Below are positions 1 through 9,715 of a stretch of 64,000 nucleotides of DNA, piece after piece. The stretch is from an uncultured cyanobacterium (GTDB taxonomy: Bacteria; Cyanobacteriota; Cyanobacteriia; Cyanobacteriales; Nostocaceae), in assembly GCA_963740315.1 (NCBI GenBank), contig CAVUDP010000002.1, forward strand, positions 3,520,001 to 3,584,000, written 5' to 3'. The notes below the pieces were generated by a model, which was not told where the DNA came from, ran no database searches, and worked only from the letters and a program-made list of their open reading frames with translations. Position 1 is the first letter of the stretch; each line of letters opens with the position of its first letter. Both the position numbers and the translations under genes were made by a program.

Positions 1-546
1 TACGAACTACATAATGGAAATATTATCGAAATCGCGCAACCAGTAGGGGAACATGAGGAAGTTACAGGATTTTTGACTATAAAGCTTAGTGCTTTAATTG
101 ACCGATTAAACTTGCCTTTCAGTATCCCTAATAAAGTTATAGTCAAACCTCCTCAAAAAGATACTGGCTATTTCCCAGATATTTTGGTACTAAATCGCGC
201 AAATTTGATAAACGAACCATTATGGAAAAAAGCATCTACTTTAAGTAGTGGTGCATCAATACCTTTAGTAATTGAAGTCGTATCAACTAATTGGCGCGAT
301 GATTATCACTTCAAGTATGCTGACTATGAGGAGATTGGTATTCCCGAATATTGGATTGTAGATTATGCAGCGCTAGGTGGACGTAATTTTATTGGAAATC
401 CCAAACAACCAACAATTTCTGTATGTAACTTAGTTGATGGGGAATATCGAATAAATAAGTTTCAAAATAATGAGCAAATTGTTTCTCAAACTTTCCCCGA
501 TTTAAAACTTACAGCTAACCAGATTTTTCAAGCTGGTGCGGTATAG
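1..546 (+). CDS. Uma2 family endonuclease (5'-partial; frame open from base 1)
   Basis: Frame 1 reads YELHNGNIIEIAQPVGEHEEV into the ORF at 73; Uma2 motifs PDILV, LVIEVVSTNW and GIPEYWIVD. Confidence 0.9.
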   Translation, partial: YELHNGNIIEIAQPVGEHEEVTGFLTIKLSALIDRLNLPFSIPNKVIVKPPQKDTGYFPDILVLNRANLINEPLWKKASTLSSGASIPLVIEVVSTNWRDDYHFKYADYEEIGIPEYWIVDYAALGGRNFIGNPKQPTISVCNLVDGEYRINKFQNNEQIVSQTFPDLKLTANQIFQAGAV

Positions 547-689
547 AATTTATTAAAAACACTGATAATATTTACCAGTCCTATTCATAGGACTTTTGCT
601 ATTAGTTTGGGGTTTGCAACCCCAAGCGGTGTTAATAATGGCGCAAAATGTAAGATTTAAAGGACTTACCATATTTCCTCAACTTATTA

Positions 690-760
690 TTGGTGCGTGA
701 CGCTAAAACAATATTATTTTCCTTTCAAAATTTTTAAAAGCCTCACACACCCTACAATTA
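690..760 (-). repeat. GTAG-type REP-like palindromic repeat; second copy at about 20652-20720
   Basis: Reverse complement TTGTAGGGTGTGTGAGGC...GCGTCACGCACC matches TTGTAGGGTGTGTGACGC...GCGTCACTCAC at 20653. Confidence 0.65.
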
Positions 761-855
761 TTAGTAATAAAAATAGAAATTTTATATTCCCAAATTTTAA
801 AATTCCCCGTAACACCTAAAATGCTATATTTCCCACCGTCGCATACGTAATTTTT

Positions 856-1785
856 ATGACTAATCAAAAATCAGTTGCTATTCTCGGTGCGGGTGCTTGG
901 GGAAAAGCACTGGCAACTCTTGCTCAAACCAATGCTCACAACGTAAAAATATACTCGCGTCGTGCCTCGCAAACTTTGGCGCAGACGGTGGAAGGTGCGG
1001 ATATTATTCTCAGTGCTGTTTCGATGAAGGGGGTAAGAGATGTTGTTTCTCAATTACAGTCTTTACCTATTTCTCCTCATACTATTTTTGTCACTGCTAC
1101 TAAAGGTTTAGATCCTCAAACTACCTGCACACCTTCGCAAATTTGGCAAGATAGTTTTCCCGATAATCCAGTAGTGGTTTTATGCGGTCCTAATTTATCT
1201 AAGGAAATTACCCAGGAATTACCAGCAGCGACTGTAGTTGCTAGCAAGATTGAAAGTGCAGCGGAATCGGTGCAGATGGTATTCAATTCAACTCGATTCC
1301 GAGTTTATACAAATTCCGATCCTTTGGGGGTGGAATTAGGCGGAACTTTAAAAAATGTGATGGCGATCGCAGCTGGTGTATGTGACGGTTTGCAGTTGGG
1401 AACTAATGCCAAAGCTGCGCTGCTGACTCGCGGGCTGACTGAAATGGTTCGTATCGGCGTACATTGGGGTGCGAAACTGGAAACTTTTTATGGTTTATCC
1501 GGTTTGGGTGATATTTTGGCAACCTGCAACAGTCCTTTAAGTCGTAATTACCAAGTTGGATATCAATTAGGACAAGGTAAAACGCTCGCAGAAATTCTTT
1601 CTCAACTTGAGGAAACTGCTGAAGGAGTAAATACAGCTTCCGTTTTGGTACAGCGAGCCAAACAACAAAATATTTCGATGCCGATAACTCAAGAAGTTTA
1701 CCGTCTGCTTAAAGCCGAAGTCACACCGCGACAAGCACTGCTGGATTTAATGACGCGAGATATTAAGCCGGAATATAACAATTAA
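856..1785 (+). CDS. gpsA: NAD(P)H-dependent glycerol-3-phosphate dehydrogenase
   Basis: GAGAWG Rossmann motif, ATKG, GVELGGTLKNVMAIAAG, SRNY. Confidence 0.95.
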   Translation: MTNQKSVAILGAGAWGKALATLAQTNAHNVKIYSRRASQTLAQTVEGADIILSAVSMKGVRDVVSQLQSLPISPHTIFVTATKGLDPQTTCTPSQIWQDSFPDNPVVVLCGPNLSKEITQELPAATVVASKIESAAESVQMVFNSTRFRVYTNSDPLGVELGGTLKNVMAIAAGVCDGLQLGTNAKAALLTRGLTEMVRIGVHWGAKLETFYGLSGLGDILATCNSPLSRNYQVGYQLGQGKTLAEILSQLEETAEGVNTASVLVQRAKQQNISMPITQEVYRLLKAEVTPRQALLDLMTRDIKPEYNN

Positions 1786-1849
1786 TTAGGAATTCGGCAT
1801 AGGGCATTGGGATAAACCTTTGACATGCAGACCTAAAATACCAAGATTC

Positions 1850-1879
1850 CCTGACGATTAAAAAAAAATTCGTCAGGAA
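1850..1879. terminator. Stem-loop after gpsA, possible terminator
   Basis: CCTGACGA-loop-TCGTCAGG inverted repeat. Confidence 0.4.
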
Positions 1880-2236
1880 ATAACTTTCATCGCTATGTAT
1901 ATATGACTATGACTATGATTTATAACTTGTTTCTTTGTCTATCTTTATACCATGATTTATTCGCTAATGTCAAGATTTTAAAGATGTAAATTTGACTGGC
2001 TCTGCCGGTTAATTGCAGTCTGGTTAAGCATTTGAATTACTGTTGGTTCAAATTAATTGCTGGGCTGATACGCTTAAAAAAGTTAGTATTAAATGAAATC
2101 AGTATGGTTTTGATTCAAAAAAAAACCAAATTAATTTCTAAATAATGTTAGTTCCCCCTTAATCGCGGGAACAATAGCAACAGTTGATTAGCTTTGACTG
2201 CTAATAATTGTTACCTGGAGCCATTGAGAAATTCTT

Positions 2237-3496
2237 ATGCCAGCAACATCTTTTTATGCCGATGCCGATACCGCTTACGAAACTCAAAAATCCCCTCAAG
2301 ATTTTGAACCGGAAATAGCCGTTGATGATAATTCTGTGCCGAAGGATCAGGACTTGGAACAACTAGAGATGGCTACGAACGATACAGAAAGGGCAAGTGC
2401 TAGCACAAAAACCCGCAGTACGGATTTGGTTCGTTTATATCTCCAGGAAATTGGTAGAGTTCGGTTATTAGGACGAGATGAAGAGGTTTCAGAAGCTCAA
2501 AAAGTCCAGCGTTATTTGAAGTTACGGATACTGTTGTCCGAAGCTGCAACCCAAGGAGATGAATTACTCGTTCATTACTTGAAAATAGTTGAAGCTCAAG
2601 AACGTTTGACATCCGAGTTAGGACATCGCCCTTCGATGAAAAGATGGGCTAATACTGCTGGTATTGAGGAGTCCGAGCTAAAAGGTGCTTTATCCCAAGG
2701 TAAGCGCCGTTGGGCTGAAACTGCTAATTTGACCGTAAAGGAATTAGAGCAAGTTCAAACTCAAGGATTGCAAGCCAAGGAACACATGATTAAGGCGAAT
2801 CTTCGTCTTGTAGTTTCTGTTGCTAAGAAATATCAAAATCGTGGCTTGGAATTATTGGATTTAGTCCAAGAAGGTACTTTAGGTTTGGAAAGAGCGGTAG
2901 AAAAGTTCAATCCAACTAAGGGTTATCGCTTTAGTACCTACGCTTACTGGTGGATTCGTCAAGGTATTACCAGAGCGATCGCCACTTCTAGCCGTACTAT
3001 TCGCCTACCAGTCCACATCACCGAAAAGTTAAACAAAATCAAGAAAGCTCAACGTAAAATAGCTCAAGAAAAAGGTCGCACTCCGACTTTGGAAGACTTG
3101 GCTGTTGAGTTGGAAATGACTCCCGCTCAAGTACGAGAAGTTTTATTAAGAGTTCCTCGTTCTGTTTCTCTTGAAACTAAAGTAGGTAAAGATAAAGATA
3201 CCGAATTAGGTGAATTACTTGAAACCGATGGTGTAACACCTGAAGAAATGTTGATGCGAGAATCTCTTCAAAGAGACTTGCAAAATCTTTTAGCCGATTT
3301 AACTACCCGCGAACGCGATGTTATTTTAATGCGTTTTGGTTTGGCTGATGGTCATCCCTACTCCCTCGCAGAAATTGGACGCGCTCTGGATTTATCCCGC
3401 GAACGTGTTAGACAAATCGAATCTAAGGCTTTACAAAAGTTACGTCAACCAAAACGACGTAATTTGATTCGCGATTACTTAGAATCCCTCAGCTAG
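2237..3496 (+). CDS. sigC: Group 2 RNA polymerase sigma factor SigC
   Basis: Regions 1.2-4 (DLVRLYLQEIG, ANLRLVVSVAKKY, GYRFSTYAYWWIRQ, SRERVRQIE); MPATSFYADA N-terminus; next to furA as in Anabaena. Confidence 0.9.
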   Translation: MPATSFYADADTAYETQKSPQDFEPEIAVDDNSVPKDQDLEQLEMATNDTERASASTKTRSTDLVRLYLQEIGRVRLLGRDEEVSEAQKVQRYLKLRILLSEAATQGDELLVHYLKIVEAQERLTSELGHRPSMKRWANTAGIEESELKGALSQGKRRWAETANLTVKELEQVQTQGLQAKEHMIKANLRLVVSVAKKYQNRGLELLDLVQEGTLGLERAVEKFNPTKGYRFSTYAYWWIRQGITRAIATSSRTIRLPVHITEKLNKIKKAQRKIAQEKGRTPTLEDLAVELEMTPAQVREVLLRVPRSVSLETKVGKDKDTELGELLETDGVTPEEMLMRESLQRDLQNLLADLTTRERDVILMRFGLADGHPYSLAEIGRALDLSRERVRQIESKALQKLRQPKRRNLIRDYLESLS

Positions 3497-3879
3497 AAGT
3501 TTAATTTCAAAGTGAATCAGCGCGGGGGATGGGAAGTCATCCGCAATACACCCGAGTCATATTGGGATAAGGCGTGGTTTCCCCGTTGCCAAAACAAATA
3601 CCTATGTTTTCCGCGCCAGACACTTCTCTTCACAAGCGATTGATATATAAAGCCAGCGGTATTAGTTCCCATACCCGGCGTTACAATAATTGACTATTTT
3701 GGATGCAGCGATTTTAGATAAAAAAATCGTTAATCCCTCGATCGAATAACTTCTTCGATTCCTGTACAAGTTTATAAAAAGCTTGCCCACCGTCTTTCTC
3801 TCGATCCACGTTAACAGAAATTAAGCTCAATCCAAACCCATGATTTTTTGTTTGATATGCAGTCCGATTCTGCCGTTCT

Positions 3880-3945
3880 ACAATCAATAATTATTATCAA
3901 CAATCTAGAATTATTGCAAACAGGTGGATTTATTTGCTATATTCG
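3880..3945 (+). promoter_or_regulatory. Probable furA promoter with AT-rich Fur-box-like sequences
   Basis: AATCAATAATTATTATCAACAAT and an extended -10 TGCTATATT upstream of the furA ATG; FurA autoregulation is established in Anabaena. Confidence 0.45.
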
Positions 3946-3976
3946 CAATTGATAGGGTTTGTTGAGAAAAATTAGT

Positions 3977-4432
3977 ATGACAATTTACACTACTGCTTCA
4001 CTCAAGGCAGAACTCAACGAACGAGGTTGGCGTTTAACACCTCAGAGAGAAGTTATTCTACACATTTTTCAGGAGCTTCCTCAAGGAGAGCATCTGAGTG
4101 CAGAGGATCTTTATCAAAGGCTACAAGTCGATAATGAAGGGATAAGTCTTTCAACGATTTATCGGACTTTGAAGTTGATGGCACGCATGGGTATTTTGCG
4201 GGAATTGGAACTGGGCGAAGGTCATAAACACTATGAGCTAAACCAGCCTTATCCCCACCATCACCATCACCTAATTTGCGTGAGGTGCAACACGACTACC
4301 GAGTTCAAGAATGACTCAATCTTAAAGATTGGGTTAAAAACTGCTCAAAAAGATGGTTATCATCTTTTAGACTGCCAATTGACTATTCACGGAGTATGTC
4401 CCAAGTGCCAGCGAGCATTAATGCCTTTATAA
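3977..4432 (+). CDS. furA: Ferric uptake regulator FurA
   Basis: RLTPQR, SLSTIYRTL, HHHHHLICVRC and CPKC; closely resembles Anabaena FurA; ATG at 3977 preferred. Confidence 0.95.
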   Translation: MTIYTTASLKAELNERGWRLTPQREVILHIFQELPQGEHLSAEDLYQRLQVDNEGISLSTIYRTLKLMARMGILRELELGEGHKHYELNQPYPHHHHHLICVRCNTTTEFKNDSILKIGLKTAQKDGYHLLDCQLTIHGVCPKCQRALMPL

Positions 4433-4549
4433 CACTTGGTCCATTTTTACGTTTGAGTAGTTTTATTAGATGTATTTTCTAGCAATTTACCAGCAGTTTT
4501 TAACTTGCTCGCAGTACATAAATGCTAGTCAAGCCGCGCGAAACGGATG

Positions 4550-5710
4550 TTAAAACCGTCCGTTTCTCACATCCTTTAAACTAACATCGTAAAATTCTTG
4601 AGCCTGTTTAATGGCTTGTTGAGTATCTTTACTCATCATTCCGTTCAGGGGACCTTTATAGAAACCCCGTGCTTGCAAGCGTCTTTGGATCTCCAAAACA
4701 TTAAATTCAGCTTTTTGCGCTTCATTTACATTTCTATACAATTTGCCGCGAGTAGTAGGTCCGGCGATGCCGCTAGCAGCTAAATAATTAGAATCTTGGA
4801 ATCGCTTCACCGCATCACTGGTATAGGGACCGAAATAACCATTTGGTTGTCCCTTTAGATATCCGGCTTTGATTAACTGTGCTTGTAATATTCTTACAGG
4901 TTCGCCCCGATCGCCCAAACCGAGAAATTCTTTGTTTCGTCTCGTAGCAGCTATAGTCATGCTCTTGGGAGCTTCTTCATCGCCAAAGCCAACCCCCATT
5001 GGCGGTAATTTGGTTAGCGTTTGCGCTCCTACAATACCGTCAACGTCTAAACCATAAGCTCTTTGGAACCGCTTCACGGCATCTTCGGTAATTGGTCCGT
5101 AAATACCAGTAGAATTACCGTAATAAAATCCTGCTACTCGCAACCTTTCTTGCAAAGCTTGGACGGCTTCACCTTCATCACCTTTACCCAGCAAATTGGG
5201 ATTGCGGCGCTTCGATGTATTGGCAGCAACCTTTATTGAGGGTTTTGGCTGATTTTCAGAAGCTCTAACTGCTGGTTTTTTCGTAGCTGCTGCATTAGTA
5301 TTCACAGTTACAGCCGCACGCCAGCCCTCTAACTGTTGTAGTGTAGAAGGTCCAGCTACACCATCAACCCCGATGCTAGCAGCTTTTTGAAAGCGCTTAA
5401 CAGCATCTTCTGTTTTAATGTCATACACTTGAGTGATAGGAGCTTGATAAAAACCAGCCCTCTTCAAATCTTGCTGCAAATTCTTGACAGACGGACCTCT
5501 ATCTCCTTTTTGCAAAGCTAAAGCGCTACTGGCAATGCTAAGAATAGAGATAGCTAAGATTAGAGGTAACATATACCTCCAAGCCTTACTCGAAAAACGT
5601 TTGAAATCTGGACTTTGTGAAGTTTTCAACCAGGAATTAAGGTAAATCAATTCACTGGCTGAGGGATCTTCATAAACTCCAGCTAAGTGTAAATACGCAA
5701 GATTTTCCAT
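4550..5710 (-). CDS. Peptidoglycan-binding domain protein (Alr1690-like)
   Basis: MENLAYLHLA N-terminus, signal/TM segment, several PG_binding_1 repeats (LQKGDRG...TEDAVKRFQ...DGVAG). Confidence 0.85.
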   Translation of the reverse strand: MENLAYLHLAGVYEDPSASELIYLNSWLKTSQSPDFKRFSSKAWRYMLPLILAISILSIASSALALQKGDRGPSVKNLQQDLKRAGFYQAPITQVYDIKTEDAVKRFQKAASIGVDGVAGPSTLQQLEGWRAAVTVNTNAAATKKPAVRASENQPKPSIKVAANTSKRRNPNLLGKGDEGEAVQALQERLRVAGFYYGNSTGIYGPITEDAVKRFQRAYGLDVDGIVGAQTLTKLPPMGVGFGDEEAPKSMTIAATRRNKEFLGLGDRGEPVRILQAQLIKAGYLKGQPNGYFGPYTSDAVKRFQDSNYLAASGIAGPTTRGKLYRNVNEAQKAEFNVLEIQRRLQARGFYKGPLNGMMSKDTQQAIKQAQEFYDVSLKDVRNGRF

Positions 5711-5719
5711 ATTTTTCTC

Positions 5720-8700
5720 TTATACTACCGATTTTTCTTCTATTGCTGCTTCTGCTTGGTGAACCAGGTTTCGCAAATTATCTAAAGTTGATATATTTAC
5801 ATCCTGCCATAAACCGCGCTGGTATGCTTCTAATAATCTTTCAGCAATATCACGCAAAGCATGGGGATTGTTGTTCTCAATGAATTCACAGACTTTTGTG
5901 TCGAAAAGATAAGCTTCGGCAATTCCCTGGTACATATGATCTTCTACGCAGTTCGCGGTAGCATCATAAGCAAATAAATAATCTACCGTCGCTGCGATTT
6001 CAAATGCACCTTTATAAGCGTGACGCATTACTCCTTCAATCCACTTAGGATTAACAACTCGCGAACGATACACCCTGGCTATTTCTTTTTGAAGCTTGCG
6101 GACTTGCGGATTACTAGGAATAGAATTATCGCCAAAATATGTTTGGGGATTTTTCCCCGTCAACGATCGCACTGCTGCTGTCAAACCACCCTGAAACTGG
6201 TAATAATCATCGGAATCTAGCAAATCGTGTTCCCGATTGTCTTGATTGTGCAGGACTATTTGCATTTTGACTAGACGTTGCTCGAAGGCGGATGGGGCCT
6301 TATAACACAAACCCTTGCCCGTGTAAGCATAGCAGCTCCAATTCATGTACGCACGCGCCAAATCTTCATCTGTATTCCAATTTTGAGATTCAATCAACCC
6401 TTGCAAACCAGCACCATAAGCTCCTCCTTTACTACCAAAAATACGATACCGCGATCGCGCTTCTGCTGCCTCTAAACTTAATCCTTCTTTAAGCCATTGT
6501 TCTGTTTCAGATGTTACGCACGACGCTAGGGGATTGTACTCCTCTGATTCATCTAACGCCGCTACTGCTGTACTTGAAGCGTCAAACAGTTCGATTAAGT
6601 TGGGGAAAGCATCTCGAAAGAAACCAGATATTCTCAGCGTCACATCTACGCGGGGACGCTGTAAAACTGATATCGGTAAAATTTCAAAATCTACCACTCT
6701 CCGCGTTGCACCATCCCACACGGGCTGTACTCCCAGTAAAGCCAAGGCTTGAGCAATATCATCGCCTCCCGTTCGCATGGTAGAAGTTCCCCACACGGAT
6801 AAGGCTAATGTTTTGGGATACTCTCCATGTTCCTGCGTATAGGTTTCCACAAGAGTCTCCGCTGCTTTTCTACCAACATCCCAAGCCGATTCTGTAGGTA
6901 TGGCACGAATATCAACTGAGTAAAAGTTATTACCCGTGGGCAGAACCTCCGGACGACCCCGTGTAGGTGCCCCACTAGGAGCGCTTCTAACGTATCTGCC
7001 GTCAAGTCCTCGTAATAAATTTTTAATTTCTAAATCGGTTTGTATTAAAGAAGGTAGGAGATTTGCACGAATCCATTCTAGAACTAATTGAGTTTGAGAA
7101 TTGGGAGCTTGTATTCGATCGGGTAGAAGAGATTTAGATCCCCCCAACCCCCCGCTAAGTTGGGGGGCTTTTCGTTCGATCGACTCTTCGACGACACAAT
7201 TCGCATATTCTTCCACAAGTTCGATCGCATCACCGACATTGCGACAAGGCACGTTGCTTTGATTTTCAAAAGTTTGAATTGGATTATCTATTAAAGGATC
7301 GATTTCCCAGCCTAAATCTTTAGCAATTGCGCGAGTTAATCCCGAATGATGCCGATTTGGATGACGTGCGATCGCCACGATTAAATCTCTTAGTTGTCTT
7401 CCGTTGGGACATTTTCCAAATACGTGTAAACCATCGCGAATTTGAGCTTCTTTCAATTCACATAGGTATCCATCTAAATAATTTAGAATTATATCAATTT
7501 GTTTTTGATTTTCTAATTGTTCGTTATTAATTTCTAAGTCTAAATGTAAATTTTCTTGAATAACTAATTGAGTAATCCGTTCGTTGATAATTGGTAAACG
7601 TTTGGGGTCTAAATGTTGCGCTTCGTAATATTCATCTACTAAATTTTCTAGTTTTTGTAAGGGACCATAAAGTTCTGCACGAGTTAAAGGTGGAGTGAGG
7701 TGGTCTACAATTACAGCTTGGGCGCGGCGTTTAGCTTGAGAACCTTCCCCAGGGTCGTTGACAATAAAGGGATAAAGGTGTGGAAGCGTGCCAAAAGCAA
7801 CTTCTGGATAGCAATTTTCCGACAAAGCGATACTTTTACCCGGCAGCCATTCCAAATTGCCATGTTTTCCCACATGAATTACAGCATCAGCACCAAAGCA
7901 TTTTCTTATCCAATGATAGAAAGCTAAATAAGTGTGAGTTGGTTCTAAATCCGGCGCGTGATAATTCAAGCTGGGATCGATATCGTAGCCTCGTGCTGGC
8001 TGAATTCCGATGAAAACGTTGCCGAGTTGGATACCGGGAATTGGGAATTGGGCATTGGGCATTGGGCATTGGGAATTGGATTTCTCCCCATCTCCCCATC
8101 TCCCCATCTCCCCATCTCCCCATCTCCCCATCTCCTTATCCCCTTGTCTCCTTGTCTCCTTGTCCTCTTCAAGATTTCCCCATCTTTGACAAATACCCTC
8201 TTGAACAACTTCTGGTAGGGAAGCAAAATATTGTTGATATTTTTGTAAATCAAGACTTTGGCGTATTTTTCTTAAATCTTTGGCTTCTGGATCGTTTGTA
8301 ACTCCTGTGGTGAGTAGTTCTATTAATTCGTTGCCGTTTTCGGGTAAATTTTCTACTTGATAACCGGCGTTTTGTAGGGCTTGCAAAATTTCGATGCAGC
8401 TTTGAGGTGTATCCAATCCAACTCCATTTGCTAAACGTCCGTCGCGGGTGGGATAGTTTGCCAATATCAAAGCTACGCGACGTTTATGGGGAGATTTATA
8501 GCGCAGTTTGACCCAATTTGCCGCTAAATCCGCGACAAATTCAATCCGCGAAGCGACTGGTTTATAAATTACTACGTCAGTTTGTAAAGCCGAATTTTTA
8601 GTTTCTACCGTTTTGAAAGAGACAGCACGACTGATTATGCGTCCATCAACTTCCGGTAGCGCCACATTCATGGCTATATCGCGTGGTGATAATCCTTGAG

Positions 8701-9625
8701 AAGAAGATTCCCATTGTTCAATTGAACTGCTGCTGAGGATGACTTGCAGCACGGGAACATCTAAGTTTTCCCACAACTCTACAGATGGTCTTTCTGTATC
8801 CAATCGCGCTAAAGAAAAACTGGTAGTGTTGAGTATGAAGGAAATATTTGCTCCATCTTGATTTTGTAAAAATTCGGTTAATTGAAGTTGAACGTCGATT
8901 TCCCGCAACGAAGAAATAAAAACTGGAACCGGATTTATATTTCTCTTGGTTAAAGCTTCACATAAAGCATCAATAACTAAAGTATTACCCGCTAGATAAT
9001 GAGCGCGGTAGAAAAGTATGGCGACTTTCGGTAATTGAGTAGAGGGAGAGGGGGAAGAGGGGGAAGAGGGGGAAGAGGGGGAAGCATATAAACCAAACTT
9101 CGCCACTTCCTGGGGAGGTAAAGGATTAAATGATGTGGAAACGCATTTATCGGCAATAAATTTAAAAGCGTTAACAAAATTATCAACCCCACCTTGGCTA
9201 AAATAACGGGAGATTTGGTTGACGCTAGCCAGAGGTAAAGTCGAATGAGATATTAAATTGAGGTCTAACTCATCATCTCCTGGAATGACAATTAAATTGG
9301 TGCCATTGCGTTGCACTATTTCCAACACCACTTCTAAACCGTAAGACCAGTAAGAAATTCCTCCTAATAAGCGTAAAATGATAACTTGGGCAAATTCCAA
9401 AACTTGCTCTGCATAACTATCAATACTTATTTGATGCTGTAAATTTAATAAGTTAGCAGCTCTAATTTCATCGAAGCTAGGAGGTAATTTGGAAACTGCT
9501 GTTGCTATAGTTTGAATATCCGTATCGGCTGAAGTTAAAAATACAAACTTTGCGGTAGTTTGTTCTAGAAATATTAATTCTGACTGTAAGTTAATTTCTT
9601 TGTTACTAGCTGCTGTTCGATGCAT
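5720..9625 (-). CDS. cobN: Cobaltochelatase subunit CobN
   Basis: MHR start at 9625, PEVDGRI, HVGKHGNLEWLPGK, LPTGNNFYS, RSRVVNPKW. Confidence 0.95.
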   Translation of the reverse strand: MHRTAASNKEINLQSELIFLEQTTAKFVFLTSADTDIQTIATAVSKLPPSFDEIRAANLLNLQHQISIDSYAEQVLEFAQVIILRLLGGISYWSYGLEVVLEIVQRNGTNLIVIPGDDELDLNLISHSTLPLASVNQISRYFSQGGVDNFVNAFKFIADKCVSTSFNPLPPQEVAKFGLYASPSSPSSPSSPSPSTQLPKVAILFYRAHYLAGNTLVIDALCEALTKRNINPVPVFISSLREIDVQLQLTEFLQNQDGANISFILNTTSFSLARLDTERPSVELWENLDVPVLQVILSSSSIEQWESSSQGLSPRDIAMNVALPEVDGRIISRAVSFKTVETKNSALQTDVVIYKPVASRIEFVADLAANWVKLRYKSPHKRRVALILANYPTRDGRLANGVGLDTPQSCIEILQALQNAGYQVENLPENGNELIELLTTGVTNDPEAKDLRKIRQSLDLQKYQQYFASLPEVVQEGICQRWGNLEEDKETRRQGDKEMGRWGDGEMGRWGDGEKSNSQCPMPNAQFPIPGIQLGNVFIGIQPARGYDIDPSLNYHAPDLEPTHTYLAFYHWIRKCFGADAVIHVGKHGNLEWLPGKSIALSENCYPEVAFGTLPHLYPFIVNDPGEGSQAKRRAQAVIVDHLTPPLTRAELYGPLQKLENLVDEYYEAQHLDPKRLPIINERITQLVIQENLHLDLEINNEQLENQKQIDIILNYLDGYLCELKEAQIRDGLHVFGKCPNGRQLRDLIVAIARHPNRHHSGLTRAIAKDLGWEIDPLIDNPIQTFENQSNVPCRNVGDAIELVEEYANCVVEESIERKAPQLSGGLGGSKSLLPDRIQAPNSQTQLVLEWIRANLLPSLIQTDLEIKNLLRGLDGRYVRSAPSGAPTRGRPEVLPTGNNFYSVDIRAIPTESAWDVGRKAAETLVETYTQEHGEYPKTLALSVWGTSTMRTGGDDIAQALALLGVQPVWDGATRRVVDFEILPISVLQRPRVDVTLRISGFFRDAFPNLIELFDASSTAVAALDESEEYNPLASCVTSETEQWLKEGLSLEAAEARSRYRIFGSKGGAYGAGLQGLIESQNWNTDEDLARAYMNWSCYAYTGKGLCYKAPSAFEQRLVKMQIVLHNQDNREHDLLDSDDYYQFQGGLTAAVRSLTGKNPQTYFGDNSIPSNPQVRKLQKEIARVYRSRVVNPKWIEGVMRHAYKGAFEIAATVDYLFAYDATANCVEDHMYQGIAEAYLFDTKVCEFIENNNPHALRDIAERLLEAYQRGLWQDVNISTLDNLRNLVHQAEAAIEEKSVV
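8036..8163. repeat. STRR arrays inside cobN: (GGGMATT)x6 and (CTCCCCAT)x6 plus CTCCTTGT variants
   Basis: Read directly; cobN frame stays open. Confidence 0.9.
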
Positions 9626-9715
9626 AATCCTGTATTGCCGTCTTACACTATTGGTTAGAAACACAATTCAAATTTTGTGTGGCGCAAACAATCTTTTCAC
9701 TTGTACTTTTTGAAA

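Noticed and set aside
7887..8301. Several overlapping ORFs inside cobN
   Set aside because: Stop-poor STRR tracts keep alternative frames open
9626..9715. Cobalamin riboswitch upstream of cobN
   Set aside because: Intergenic region is only about 90 bp and has no B12-box
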